From the NCBI GenBank assembly GCA_963784545.1, contig CAWARQ010000002.1, positions 571,512-635,511 on the forward strand: DNA of 64,000 bases, given 5' to 3'. Both the position numbers and the translations under genes were made by a program. How positions within the stretch are numbered: the stretch's first letter is position 1; every line of letters begins with the position of its first letter. The stretch is from an uncultured Actinomycetota bacterium (GTDB taxonomy: Bacteria; Actinomycetota; Actinomycetes; Propionibacteriales; Nocardioidaceae). The notes below the pieces were generated by a model. It saw nothing but the letters and a program-made list of their open reading frames with translations. It had not been told where the DNA came from and did no database searches. Below, in pieces: positions 55,538-64,000 of the stretch.

Positions 55538-56116
55538 TCAAGCGTTCCAGCGGAGGATGACCGGGCACTCGCGCTCCCAGCCGAGCACCGAGATCGTCGC
55601 GGTGTCGAGCCGGAAGTGCCGACCGTCGGTGACGGGCAGGCCGAGCCAGCGCGCGGTCAGGGCCCGCAGGCCGTGTCCGTGCCCGAAGACCAGCGACCGC
55701 TGGACGCCCTGGCAGCGCTCGACGACCCGGTCCAGCCGGGCTGACACCTCCGCGGCGGTCTCACCTTCCGGGCTCGGGTGGGTCCAGACCGTCCAGTCCG
55801 GGACGGTCTCGCGGATCTCCTCGGTCGTGCGCCCCTCGTAGTCGCCGTACGCCCACTCGGCCAGGTCGGGATCGGGCTCCGCCTCGGGGTGGCCGGCCAG
55901 CTCGGCCGTACGCCGGGCGCGTAACCGAGGGCTGGTCAGCACCAGGTCGAACGCGTCGGTCAGGCGCGGCGTGAGCGAGCGGGCCACCTCCTCGCCGTCC
56001 TCGGTCAGCGGGAGGTCGGTGGTGGAGGTGTGGCGGCCGTCGCGGCTCCACTCGGTCTCGCCGTGCCGGACGAGCCAGACCTCTGAGGACTCGGACCCCT
56101 GCCTGCCGTCGGTCAT
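55538..56116 (-). CDS. Histidine phosphatase family protein
   Basis: WLVRHGETEWS (RHG motif), TSPRLRARRT, FGHGH. Confidence 0.92.
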   Translation of the reverse strand: MTDGRQGSESSEVWLVRHGETEWSRDGRHTSTTDLPLTEDGEEVARSLTPRLTDAFDLVLTSPRLRARRTAELAGHPEAEPDPDLAEWAYGDYEGRTTEEIRETVPDWTVWTHPSPEGETAAEVSARLDRVVERCQGVQRSLVFGHGHGLRALTARWLGLPVTDGRHFRLDTATISVLGWERECPVILRWNA

Positions 56117-56142
56117 GAGCCCGAGTCTGCCAGCATGCCGGG

Positions 56143-57288
56143 GTGGAGAGCCTCCGGACGTCCCGCGGGGCAGCCGCGGCAGCGTTCTTCACCCAGGGTT
56201 TCGTGTTCATCAGCCTGACGACCCGGTTGCCAGACATCACCGACCGGTACGACCTCGGCGAGGTCGCCACCAGCCTCGTGCTGCTGATGATGGTGCTGCT
56301 GGCCGCGGCCGGCTCGCTGGCGGCCGAGAAGGGCGCCGCGCGCCGGACCAGCGCCACCATGCTGCGCGCCGGCCTGGTGGGGATCGCCCTGGCCCTGCCC
56401 TTCCTGGGGCTGGCCGGCTCCCTGCCGGTGTTCCTGGTCGGCCTGGCGGTCTACGGGATCGCGCTCGGGGCCGTCGACGCCACGACCAACATGCAGGCGG
56501 TCGCGCTCGAGCACCGGTATGCGCGGCCGATCCTGCCGTCCTTCCACGGCGCGTGGACCTTGGGCGGCATCGTGGGGTCCGCCCTCACCCTGGCCACCGC
56601 ACACCCCGACCTGTGGCTGCTGGCGGTGCTGGCCGTCGTACCCCTGGCCGCGGCAGCGGCGCCCCTGCTGCGTGGCGACCGGTCGGTCGTCGCTCCGGCG
56701 TCCGGTGCCGACGTGCCGTGGCGCCCGATCCTGCTGGTCGGCCTGGCGATGCTGCTCTTCTACATGGTCGACGTCGCGGCACAGACGTGGGGACCGACGT
56801 ACCTGCAGGACACCTTGGACTCCCCCGGCCGGCTGGTGGCGCTGGCCACCTTCCCCTACCTGGTGGCCAGCGGCCTCCTGAGGCTGGCGGGCGACGTGCT
56901 CGTGGCGCGGTTCGGCGCCGTGCTGGTGCTGCGGGTCGGCGCCGTGGTCGCCGCCGTGGGGCTGGCGGTGGTGGTGTTCGCCCCCACCTGGCCGCTCGGC
57001 GTCGTCGGCTTCACCCTCACCGGTGCCGGCGCGGCGGTGATCGCGCCGCTCAGCTTCTCCGCTGCTGCCCGGATCGCCGGCGACTCAGGCAGCCCCGACG
57101 AACGGCTCGCCCGGGTCGACGCGGTGATCGCGCGCTTCAACCAGTTCAATTACGTGGGCGCGCTGCTCGGCGCGGTGCTGACCGGCCTCGTGGGCGCCGG
57201 CAGCCTCCGGGTCGGCTTCGCCGTCCCCATGGTGCTCGTCCTGGCGATCGTCCTGCTCGCGCCCGCGTTCGTCGCCGAGACGGACTGA
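56143..57288 (+). CDS. MFS transporter
   Basis: About 12 hydrophobic helices; LRLAGDVLVARFG motif-A variant. Confidence 0.88.
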   Translation: MESLRTSRGAAAAAFFTQGFVFISLTTRLPDITDRYDLGEVATSLVLLMMVLLAAAGSLAAEKGAARRTSATMLRAGLVGIALALPFLGLAGSLPVFLVGLAVYGIALGAVDATTNMQAVALEHRYARPILPSFHGAWTLGGIVGSALTLATAHPDLWLLAVLAVVPLAAAAAPLLRGDRSVVAPASGADVPWRPILLVGLAMLLFYMVDVAAQTWGPTYLQDTLDSPGRLVALATFPYLVASGLLRLAGDVLVARFGAVLVLRVGAVVAAVGLAVVVFAPTWPLGVVGFTLTGAGAAVIAPLSFSAAARIAGDSGSPDERLARVDAVIARFNQFNYVGALLGAVLTGLVGAGSLRVGFAVPMVLVLAIVLLAPAFVAETD

Positions 57289-57299
57289 TCTACTCGGGG

Positions 57300-57836
57300 T
57301 TACTCGGGCGCTTCCGGCCCGGGCCAGTTCTTGTCCGCCTGTGGGACCGGACGTCCGGGCTGCTCGCCACCGCGCTCGTCGAGGTAGGACTTCTTGGGCA
57401 CCATCACCTTGCGGCGGAAGATGCACACGACCTTGCCGTCCTGGTTGTAGCCGATGGTCTCGACGTGGACGACGCCCCGGTCGTCCTTGGACCTCGACTC
57501 CCACTTGTCCAGCACGGTCGTCTCGCCGTACAGGGTGTCGCCGTGGAAGGTGGGCGCGACGTGACGCAGCGACTCGATCTCCAGGTTCGCGATCGCCTTG
57601 CCCGAGATGTCCGGGACGGACATGCCGAGCAGGATCGAGTAGACGTAGTTGCCCACCACGACGTTCTTGCCGAACTGCGTCGTCTCCTCGGCGTAGTGCG
57701 TGTCGAGGTGGAGCGGGTGGTGGTTCATCGTGAGGAGGCAGAACAGGTGGTCGTCGTACTCGGTCACCGTCTTGCCGGGCCAGTGCTTGTAGGTCGCGCC
57801 GACCTCGAACTCCTCATAGCTGCGTCCGAACTGCAT
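57300..57836 (-). CDS. MaoC family dehydratase
   Basis: FGRSYEEFEVG, KTVTEYDDHLF, NHHPLH, PTFHGDTL. Confidence 0.92.
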   Translation of the reverse strand: MQFGRSYEEFEVGATYKHWPGKTVTEYDDHLFCLLTMNHHPLHLDTHYAEETTQFGKNVVVGNYVYSILLGMSVPDISGKAIANLEIESLRHVAPTFHGDTLYGETTVLDKWESRSKDDRGVVHVETIGYNQDGKVVCIFRRKVMVPKKSYLDERGGEQPGRPVPQADKNWPGPEAPE

Positions 57837-57916
57837 GGACGCATCCTGCCAACTGACGCGCCGGCCGGCATCCCGATCTCAGGGCAGCCGGACGTGCGAT
57901 TGCTCACGCAGGGCTG

Positions 57917-58102
57917 TCAGGACCCGCCGCCGCCGGCCTTGCGGCGGTGCATCTTGGGGCCGGCTCCTCCGCGGACCTCGGAGCCGTGAGCCTTCTCGTG
58001 CACGGGGCCGTCCTGGTGGACGCCCTTCTCGTTGGCGTTCTTCTTCTCCAGCGCCTCCCGCATCTTCGCCTTGAGGTCGTCGTTGCTCTGCTGGTCGGCC
58101 AT
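57917..58102 (-). CDS. DUF5302 family small protein
   Basis: DDLKAKMREALEKK...MHRRKAG pattern; ATG 58102. Confidence 0.8.
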   Translation of the reverse strand: MADQQSNDDLKAKMREALEKKNANEKGVHQDGPVHEKAHGSEVRGGAGPKMHRRKAGGGGS

Positions 58103-58177
58103 GGCCAACTCCTCGTCGAGTCTGGGTGATGCGGACGTGCCCCACCATGCCAAACGGCACCGCGAGGGTCGAGCGGT

Positions 58178-59407
58178 TTAGCCCTTGCGCGCGAGTCGCC
58201 GGACCAGTCGCGCCCCGGACGAGGTGCGCGAGGCGTAGGCCCGCGCAGCGGACCTCAAGGGCCGAGACTGCCAGCGTTCGACCTGCCTGGTGTGCCGTCG
58301 CAGGAGACGTTCGTGCTGCTTCGTGAGCTTCGCGTGCCTCGCCTTGAGCCGGGCGGTGGCCGCGGCAGACGCGGACTCGTCCTCCGCGCGCTGCAGAGCC
58401 ATGGTCACCATGGCGTCCAGGGCGACCTCCAGCAGGGCCTCGGCCGTCGGCTCCGCCGCCTCCTCCAGGTGCTTGGAGAGATCTGGGCGAAGGTCCTCCA
58501 GGTCGCCGACGACGTCGACCCCCAGGGTCCGCAGACCCTCGATCCTCGCCTCGGCCTCCGCCTCGACCCAGGGATGCCAGGCCGGCGGGATCGTGGGCCG
58601 CCCGGCCTGGTCCGCACGTCCGACCAGCCCCTGCTTGGCCAGCTCGCGGGTGAAGAAGATGCGTCGGCTCTTGTCGTCCAACCCTTGCTCGCGCGCCCGG
58701 ATGTTCACCCGGCGCATGAGCTCCGAGGAGGTCACGCCCAAGCCGTCGTTACGTCGTGCCAGATCCATGTCCACGGGCACGTCCTCGACGCCGAGGACCC
58801 CGGCGAAGCGCTGCCAGAGTGCCTCCGGCGGCGCCCCGGGAGGAGGCACGGTGACGACATGGATGCGCTCGACGGGCACCTGGCTGGTCCAGCGCCCGAT
58901 GAGTGGGAGCAGGTCGTGCAGCCGCCAGAGCGGACGGTCCTCGCGCGGCAGGCTCTCGTCGGAGATCTGGCCCAGGAACTCCGGCCAGCTCGCCTCCCGC
59001 TTGTTGAGCACCGACTCCTGCCAGGACGCCGGGATGACCCGCGCCAGGTCTCGCACGGTGAAGACGACGTGCAGCTCTTTCGAGGACAGGGTCGTCACGA
59101 TCCGGTCGAGGTGCTCCGGCTGCACCCTGCTCAACCACTCCATGGAGACCACGGCGTCGCCGGACCAGGCCTGGATCTCCTGGGCGAGCCGGTCCCAGGA
59201 TCCCCGCACCTTCTTCCGTTGGTCCCGCCCACGGCTGGGCATGTTGCGCACGTCCCGGACGGCGAGGACCTGGCTGTTCCAGCCCTTCTTCCCCGGGAAC
59301 AGCAGGCCCTCCTGGGCGAGCCTGCGCTTGTTGTTCGACAGCACACCCTGGAGGAAGGTCGTTCCGCTCTTGGGGAGGCCGACGTGCAGGAAGACGCGGT
59401 TCGACAC
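58178..59407 (-). CDS. Sulfotransferase-like P-loop hypothetical protein with C-terminal coiled coil
   Basis: FLHVGLPKSGTTFLQ PAPS-loop-like motif, TVRDLARVIPASWQE; TAGGAT -10 is 6 nt upstream. Confidence 0.72.
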   Translation of the reverse strand: MSNRVFLHVGLPKSGTTFLQGVLSNNKRRLAQEGLLFPGKKGWNSQVLAVRDVRNMPSRGRDQRKKVRGSWDRLAQEIQAWSGDAVVSMEWLSRVQPEHLDRIVTTLSSKELHVVFTVRDLARVIPASWQESVLNKREASWPEFLGQISDESLPREDRPLWRLHDLLPLIGRWTSQVPVERIHVVTVPPPGAPPEALWQRFAGVLGVEDVPVDMDLARRNDGLGVTSSELMRRVNIRAREQGLDDKSRRIFFTRELAKQGLVGRADQAGRPTIPPAWHPWVEAEAEARIEGLRTLGVDVVGDLEDLRPDLSKHLEEAAEPTAEALLEVALDAMVTMALQRAEDESASAAATARLKARHAKLTKQHERLLRRHTRQVERWQSRPLRSAARAYASRTSSGARLVRRLARKG

Positions 59408-59440
59408 GTGGCGATCCTACGGGCCTCGCTCTCGGTCACG

Positions 59441-59530
59441 TCAGAGAGTCGCGTCGTACTTCTTCAGCAGCACGTGGGTCCGCTGGTCGTCGCGTTGCCC
59501 GGCCCGGAGCAGCACCTCGGCGATGACGTC
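59441..59530 (-). pseudogene. Orphan 3' gene fragment
   Basis: DVIAEVLLRAGQRDDQRTHVLLKKYDATL-stop with mostly G/C third positions, but no in-frame start before the upstream gene. Confidence 0.4.
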
Positions 59531-59563
59531 CCGCCGAGACCGACATCGCCGGGAGGCGGAGAC

Positions 59564-60760
59564 TCAGCCCTTGAGCCGGTAGTCCTTGAGCAGGTTGCGC
59601 CCGATGATCATCTTCTGGATGTCGGAGGTGCCCTCGCCGATGAGCATGAACGCCGCCTCCCGGTAGAGGCGCTCGATCTCGTACTCCTTGGAGTAGCCGT
59701 AGCCGCCATGGATCCGGAAGGAGGCCTCGACCACTTCGTTGCAGTACTCCGAGGCGAGCATCTTGGCCATGCCGGCCTCGACGTCCATCCGCTCGCCGGC
59801 GTCCTTGAGCCGGGCGGCGCGCACCATCATCGAGTGCGCCGCCTCCACCTTGGTCGCCATCTCCGCCAGCCGGAAGAGGATCGCCTGGTGCTGGGCGATC
59901 GGCTTGCCGAAGGTCTCCCGCTGCTGGGAGTACGCGATGCCGAGCTCGAAGGCCCGCAGCGCGATGCCGCAGGCGCGGGCGGCGACGTTCACGCGGCCGA
60001 CCTCGACGCCGTCCATCATCTGGTAGAAGCCCTGGCCGGGTGCCTCGCCCAGCACCTGCTCGGCGGAGATCTTGTGGCCCTCGAGCACCATCTCCGTGGT
60101 GTCGACGCCCTTGTAGCCCATCTTGTCGATCTTGCCGGGGATCGTGACGCCCTGGGCCGTCTCGCCGAAGCCCGGCTCCTTCTCGACCAGGAACGTGGTC
60201 ATGTTCTTGTAGACCGACTCATCCCCCTCGTCGGTCTTGGCGAGGAGGGCCACCAGCGTCGAGGTGCCACCGTTGGTCAGCCACATCTTCTGGCCGGTGA
60301 TCTCGAAGCCGTCGTCCGTCCTCGTGGCCTTGGTCTTCACCGCGGCGACGTCGGAGCCGAGACCCGGCTCGGACATGGAGAACGCGCCGCGGACCTCGCC
60401 GACGGCCATCTTGGGCAGGTACTTCTTCTTCTGCTCCTCGGTGCCGTGCCGCATGAGCATGTAGGCCACGATGAAGTGGGTGTTGATGACGCCCGAGACG
60501 CTCATCCAGCCGCGCGCGATCTCCTCGACGCAGAGCGCGTAGGTCAGCAACGACTCCCCCAGGCCGTCGTACTCCTCGGGGATCATCAGGCCGAAGATGC
60601 CGAGCTCCTTGAGGCCGTCGACGATCTCCTGCGGGTACTCGTCGGCGTGCTCGAGCTCGGTGGCGACCGGGAGGATCTTCTCGTCGACGAACTGTCGTAC
60701 GGCCTTGAGGATCTCGGTCTGGTCGTCGGTCAGTCCGTCGGTCTGGCAGAGTCGGCCCAT
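59564..60760 (-). CDS. Acyl-CoA dehydrogenase
   Basis: FSMSEPGLGSDV, GQKMWLTNG, KMGYKG, HGGYGYSKEYEIERLYRE, IGEGTSDIQ; ATG 60760. Confidence 0.95.
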   Translation of the reverse strand: MGRLCQTDGLTDDQTEILKAVRQFVDEKILPVATELEHADEYPQEIVDGLKELGIFGLMIPEEYDGLGESLLTYALCVEEIARGWMSVSGVINTHFIVAYMLMRHGTEEQKKKYLPKMAVGEVRGAFSMSEPGLGSDVAAVKTKATRTDDGFEITGQKMWLTNGGTSTLVALLAKTDEGDESVYKNMTTFLVEKEPGFGETAQGVTIPGKIDKMGYKGVDTTEMVLEGHKISAEQVLGEAPGQGFYQMMDGVEVGRVNVAARACGIALRAFELGIAYSQQRETFGKPIAQHQAILFRLAEMATKVEAAHSMMVRAARLKDAGERMDVEAGMAKMLASEYCNEVVEASFRIHGGYGYSKEYEIERLYREAAFMLIGEGTSDIQKMIIGRNLLKDYRLKG

Positions 60761-60917
60761 GGCTGGCGCGGTCCTTCCACGGTCGTGGTCCCCGGCCGTC
60801 TGCTGACCGAGGCGAGCATCCGCAGTATGCCGCGAACCGCAGGCGACGCACGGGTTCTGTGATCTATTCGGCACCAGCGTCCACGGTTGGGCGGTCGCCC
60901 GCGAGTAGCCTTCCCGC

Positions 60918-62165
60918 GTGAGCACCACCCCCACCCGCGTGTACGCCGCCCGCTTGGTCGGCCTGCCGATCTTCGACCCTCAGGGGGACCAGGTCGCCAA
61001 GGTCCGCGACCTCGTGGTGGCACTCCGCTCGGAGTCGAGCCAGCCCCGGGTGCTCGGGATGGTCGCCGAGGTCTTCGGGCGGCGGCGGATCTTCGTGCCG
61101 ATGACGCGCGTGACCAACATCGACGCCGGCCACATCTACACGACCGGGCTGCTGAACATGCGCCGGTTCGAGCAGCGCTCGACCGAGACGCTCGTCGTCG
61201 GCGAGCTGTTCGACAAGACCGTGACGATCACCCCCACCGGCACCACGGGAACGATCTACGACATCGGGCTCGAGCAGGCCAGGAACCGCGACTGGGTCGT
61301 GAGTCGGGTCGCGGTCCAGGAGCCCGCCAAGGCCCTGCGGCGGCGCGGTCAGACCCACGTCGTGGAGTGGGGCGAGGTGGAGGGCCTGACCCGACGCGAG
61401 TCCAGCCAGGGCGCCACGCAGCTCATCCACGCTCTCAACGAGCTGCGCCCGGCCGACGCGGCCAGCGTGATCCACGACCTGCCGCTCGCCCGCCGCTCGG
61501 CGGTCGTCGCCGCGCTGAGCGACGAGCGGCTGGCCGACGTCCTGGAGGAGCTGCCCGAGGAGGACCAGGTCCAGATCCTCGGCCAGCTCGAGGACGACCG
61601 TGCCGCCGACGTCCTGGAGGAGATGGACCCCGACGACGCCGCCGACCTGATGGCCGAGCTTCCCCCCGAGACGGCCGAGGCGCTGCTCCAGCTGATGGAG
61701 CCGGACGAGGCGGAGGACGTCAAGCGGCTGATGTCCTACGTCGAGAACACCGCCGGAGCGATGATGACCTCCGAGCCGGTCATCCTCGGGCCGGACGCGA
61801 CGGTGGCCGACGCACTGGCCCACGTGCGCAACCCCGACCTCACGCCGGCCCTGGCCGCACTGGTCTACATCTGTCGCCAGCCCCTCGAGACGCCGACCGG
61901 GAAGCTGCTGGGCGTCGCCCACATCCAACGGCTGCTCCGGGAGCCACCGTCCAGCCTGGTGGCGGGCGCGCTCGACGATTCCATGGAGAACCTGCGACCG
62001 GAGGCCTCGATCGAGGAGGTCGCCGCCCACCTGGCGACCTACAACCTCGTCGCCGCCCCCGTGGTGGACGACGCCGGCCACCTGGTCGGGGTGGTCACCG
62101 TCGACGACCTGCTCGACCACATGCTTCCCGACAACTGGCGCGACCGGAGGGTGACCCGTGGCTGA
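60918..62165 (+). CDS. MgtE N-terminal/CBS domain protein (soluble, PRC-barrel-like N-terminus)
   Basis: LEEMDPDDAADL, ENTAGAMMT, YNLVAAPVVD...VGVVTVDD. Confidence 0.9.
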   Translation: MSTTPTRVYAARLVGLPIFDPQGDQVAKVRDLVVALRSESSQPRVLGMVAEVFGRRRIFVPMTRVTNIDAGHIYTTGLLNMRRFEQRSTETLVVGELFDKTVTITPTGTTGTIYDIGLEQARNRDWVVSRVAVQEPAKALRRRGQTHVVEWGEVEGLTRRESSQGATQLIHALNELRPADAASVIHDLPLARRSAVVAALSDERLADVLEELPEEDQVQILGQLEDDRAADVLEEMDPDDAADLMAELPPETAEALLQLMEPDEAEDVKRLMSYVENTAGAMMTSEPVILGPDATVADALAHVRNPDLTPALAALVYICRQPLETPTGKLLGVAHIQRLLREPPSSLVAGALDDSMENLRPEASIEEVAAHLATYNLVAAPVVDDAGHLVGVVTVDDLLDHMLPDNWRDRRVTRG

Positions 62166-62679
62166 GACACGCACGCGGCGCCTCGACCAGCCCCGCGACA
62201 CCCGCCGCCGACCGCTGGTCCGGCGGCCGTCGTACGACGCCGACACGTTCGGGGTCTTCGCCGAGCAGTTCGCCCGCTTCATGGGGACCGCTCGGTTCCT
62301 CATCTACATGACCGGCTTCGTGCTGATCTGGGTCGGCTGGAACGTGCTCGCGCCCAAGGAGCTGCGCTGGGACGAGTACGAGTTCATCTTCCTGACCCTG
62401 ATCCTGAGCCTCCAGGCGTCCTACGCCGCCCCACTCATCCTGCTGGCCCAGAACCGGCAGGAGCAGCGCGACAAGGTCATCGCCGAGCAGGACCGTCAGG
62501 CCAACGCCCGGGCGCACGCGGACATGGAGTTCCTGGCCCGCGAGGTCGCCTCGCTCCGCATGGCCATCGGCGAGGTCGCGACCCGCGACTACGTCCGGTC
62601 CGAGCTGCGGTCGCTGCTCGCCGAGCTGGACGAGCGGGCCAGGGAGCCTGAGGCCCCCGAGTCCGGCAACCATCCCTGA
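62158..62679 (+). CDS. DUF1003 membrane protein
   Basis: FLTLILSLQASYAAPLILLAQNRQ motif. Confidence 0.92.
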   Translation: MAETRTRRLDQPRDTRRRPLVRRPSYDADTFGVFAEQFARFMGTARFLIYMTGFVLIWVGWNVLAPKELRWDEYEFIFLTLILSLQASYAAPLILLAQNRQEQRDKVIAEQDRQANARAHADMEFLAREVASLRMAIGEVATRDYVRSELRSLLAELDERAREPEAPESGNHP

Positions 62680-62719
62680 CCCGGGGTGACCTGGATCGCA
62701 CACCTAGACTCGACCCATC

Positions 62720-63883
62720 ATGAGCGAGCAGCAGCACCCCGAGATCTGGTCCGCCCTCTCCGGCGTCAACGACCCCGAGATCAAGCGCCCCATCACCGAG
62801 CTCGGCATGGTCGAGAGCATCGACCTGACCGACGGCTCGGCCACCGTGAAGATCCTGCTCACCGTCGCGGGGTGTCCGCTCAAGGACACGATCACCCGCG
62901 ACATCACCCAGGCGCTGATGCCGCTGGCCGGGGTCGAGCGGGTCCAGGTGGACATGGGGGTGATGTCGGCCGAGCAACGCGGAGAGCTGCAGGAGAACCT
63001 CCGCGGCGGGCAGGCCCAGCGAGAGATCCCCTTCGCCCAGCCCGGGTCGCTCACCAAGGTGTTCGCGATCGCCAGCGGCAAGGGCGGCGTCGGCAAGTCG
63101 TCGGTCACCGTGAACCTCGCGCTCGCGATGGCGGCGAAGGGCATGAGGGTCGGCGTGGTCGACGCCGACATCTACGGCCACAGCGTGCCGGCGATGCTGG
63201 GCGTCGCCGATGCACGGCCGACCCAGGTCGACGACCTGATCATGCCGGTGCCGACGCCGTCCGGCGTCAGCGTCATCTCCATCGGCATGCTCAAGCCGCG
63301 GCGCGACCAGGTGGTCGCCTGGCGCGGCCCGATGCTCGACCGAGCACTGGTCCAGATGCTGTCGGACGTCTACTGGGGCGACCTCGACATCCTCCTGCTC
63401 GACCTCCCGCCCGGCACCGGCGACATCGCCATCTCCCTCGGCCAGCACCTGCCCGGCGCCGAGGTGCTCGTCGTCACGACCCCGCAGGAGGCCGCGGCCG
63501 AGGTCGCCGAGCGCGCTGGGACGATGGCCTCGATGATGCACCAACGCGTGGTGGGCGTCGTGGAGAACATGAGCTTCCTGCTCTGCCCGCACTGCGTCGA
63601 CTCCGGGGCCCCGGAGCACCGGATCGAGGTCTTCGGGTCCGGTGGCGGCGAGCGCGTGGCCGCCACGCTGTCGTCGCGGTTCGGGTACGACGTGAAGGTG
63701 CTGGGCCAGATCCCGCTCGACACCTCGCTGCGCGAGGGCGGTGACGCCGGCAAACCGATCGTGGAGTCCAACCCGACGGCGCCGGCCGCGCTGGCGCTCC
63801 AGGACATCGCCGACACCCTGTCCGGCCGGGGCCGCGGTCTCGCCGGCATGCAGCTGGGACTGACTCCGACCAGTAAGTTCTGA
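62720..63883 (+). CDS. mrp: Mrp/NBP35 family Fe-S cluster carrier ATPase
   Basis: DPEIKRPITELGMV, LTVAGCP, ASGKGGVGKSS, WRGPM, DLPPGTGD, VENMS...CPHC. Confidence 0.95.
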   Translation: MSEQQHPEIWSALSGVNDPEIKRPITELGMVESIDLTDGSATVKILLTVAGCPLKDTITRDITQALMPLAGVERVQVDMGVMSAEQRGELQENLRGGQAQREIPFAQPGSLTKVFAIASGKGGVGKSSVTVNLALAMAAKGMRVGVVDADIYGHSVPAMLGVADARPTQVDDLIMPVPTPSGVSVISIGMLKPRRDQVVAWRGPMLDRALVQMLSDVYWGDLDILLLDLPPGTGDIAISLGQHLPGAEVLVVTTPQEAAAEVAERAGTMASMMHQRVVGVVENMSFLLCPHCVDSGAPEHRIEVFGSGGGERVAATLSSRFGYDVKVLGQIPLDTSLREGGDAGKPIVESNPTAPAALALQDIADTLSGRGRGLAGMQLGLTPTSKF

Positions 63884-63886
63884 CCC

Positions 63887-64000
63887 GTGTTCGGGATCGG
63901 GTTCAGCGAGCTGGCGGTCATCGCCTTCATCGCTGTGCTGGTCTTCGGTCCCGAGAAGCTCCCCGAGCTGGCCAAGCAGGCGGCTCAGCTGGTTCGCCAG
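63887..64000 (+). CDS. tatB: Sec-independent translocase subunit TatB (5' part)
   Basis: VFGIGFSELAVIAFIAVLVFGPEKLPELAKQAAQLVR; follows mrp. Confidence 0.85.
   Translation, partial: MFGIGFSELAVIAFIAVLVFGPEKLPELAKQAAQLVRQ

Overview
Very GC-rich actinobacterial chromosome segment. Gene content and order suggest Nocardioides or a relative; this is inference, not a database match. Both ends are conserved housekeeping backbone. The left end carries uvrD2, mycoredoxin, nudC, deoD and adnAB. The right end carries a MoxR/DUF58 cluster, moeZ, an M6 protease, a DEAD-box helicase, ParA-like, acyl-CoA dehydrogenase, MgtE-N, mrp and tatB. Between about 11.8 and 36.5 kb lies a dispersed cyclic-amide/pyrimidine catabolic system: barbiturase plus carbamate kinase, hydantoinase/oxoprolinase A+B, an NCS2 permease with a CoxMSLG-type molybdenum hydroxylase, amidase and RidA, a PucR-type regulator, and a DUF2877-FdrA-DUF1116 (AllH/F/G-like) trio. 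All four operon promoters share a paired GGCA-N5-TGCC box at the same distance from the -10 element, which argues for one regulon. It may be an ATP-yielding transcarbamylase variant of oxidative uracil breakdown. A second striking feature is a 77-bp element in three copies. Each copy sits exactly at a start codon, repeats the gene's first 6 nt, and encodes a 26-aa mini-ORF joined to the next ORF by an ATGA overlap. Also present: a candidate ~240-nt ncRNA, several REP/MITE-like palindromes, two SigR/SigH-type promoters and one frameshifted gene. No rRNA, tRNA, CRISPR array, transposase or prophage was seen.
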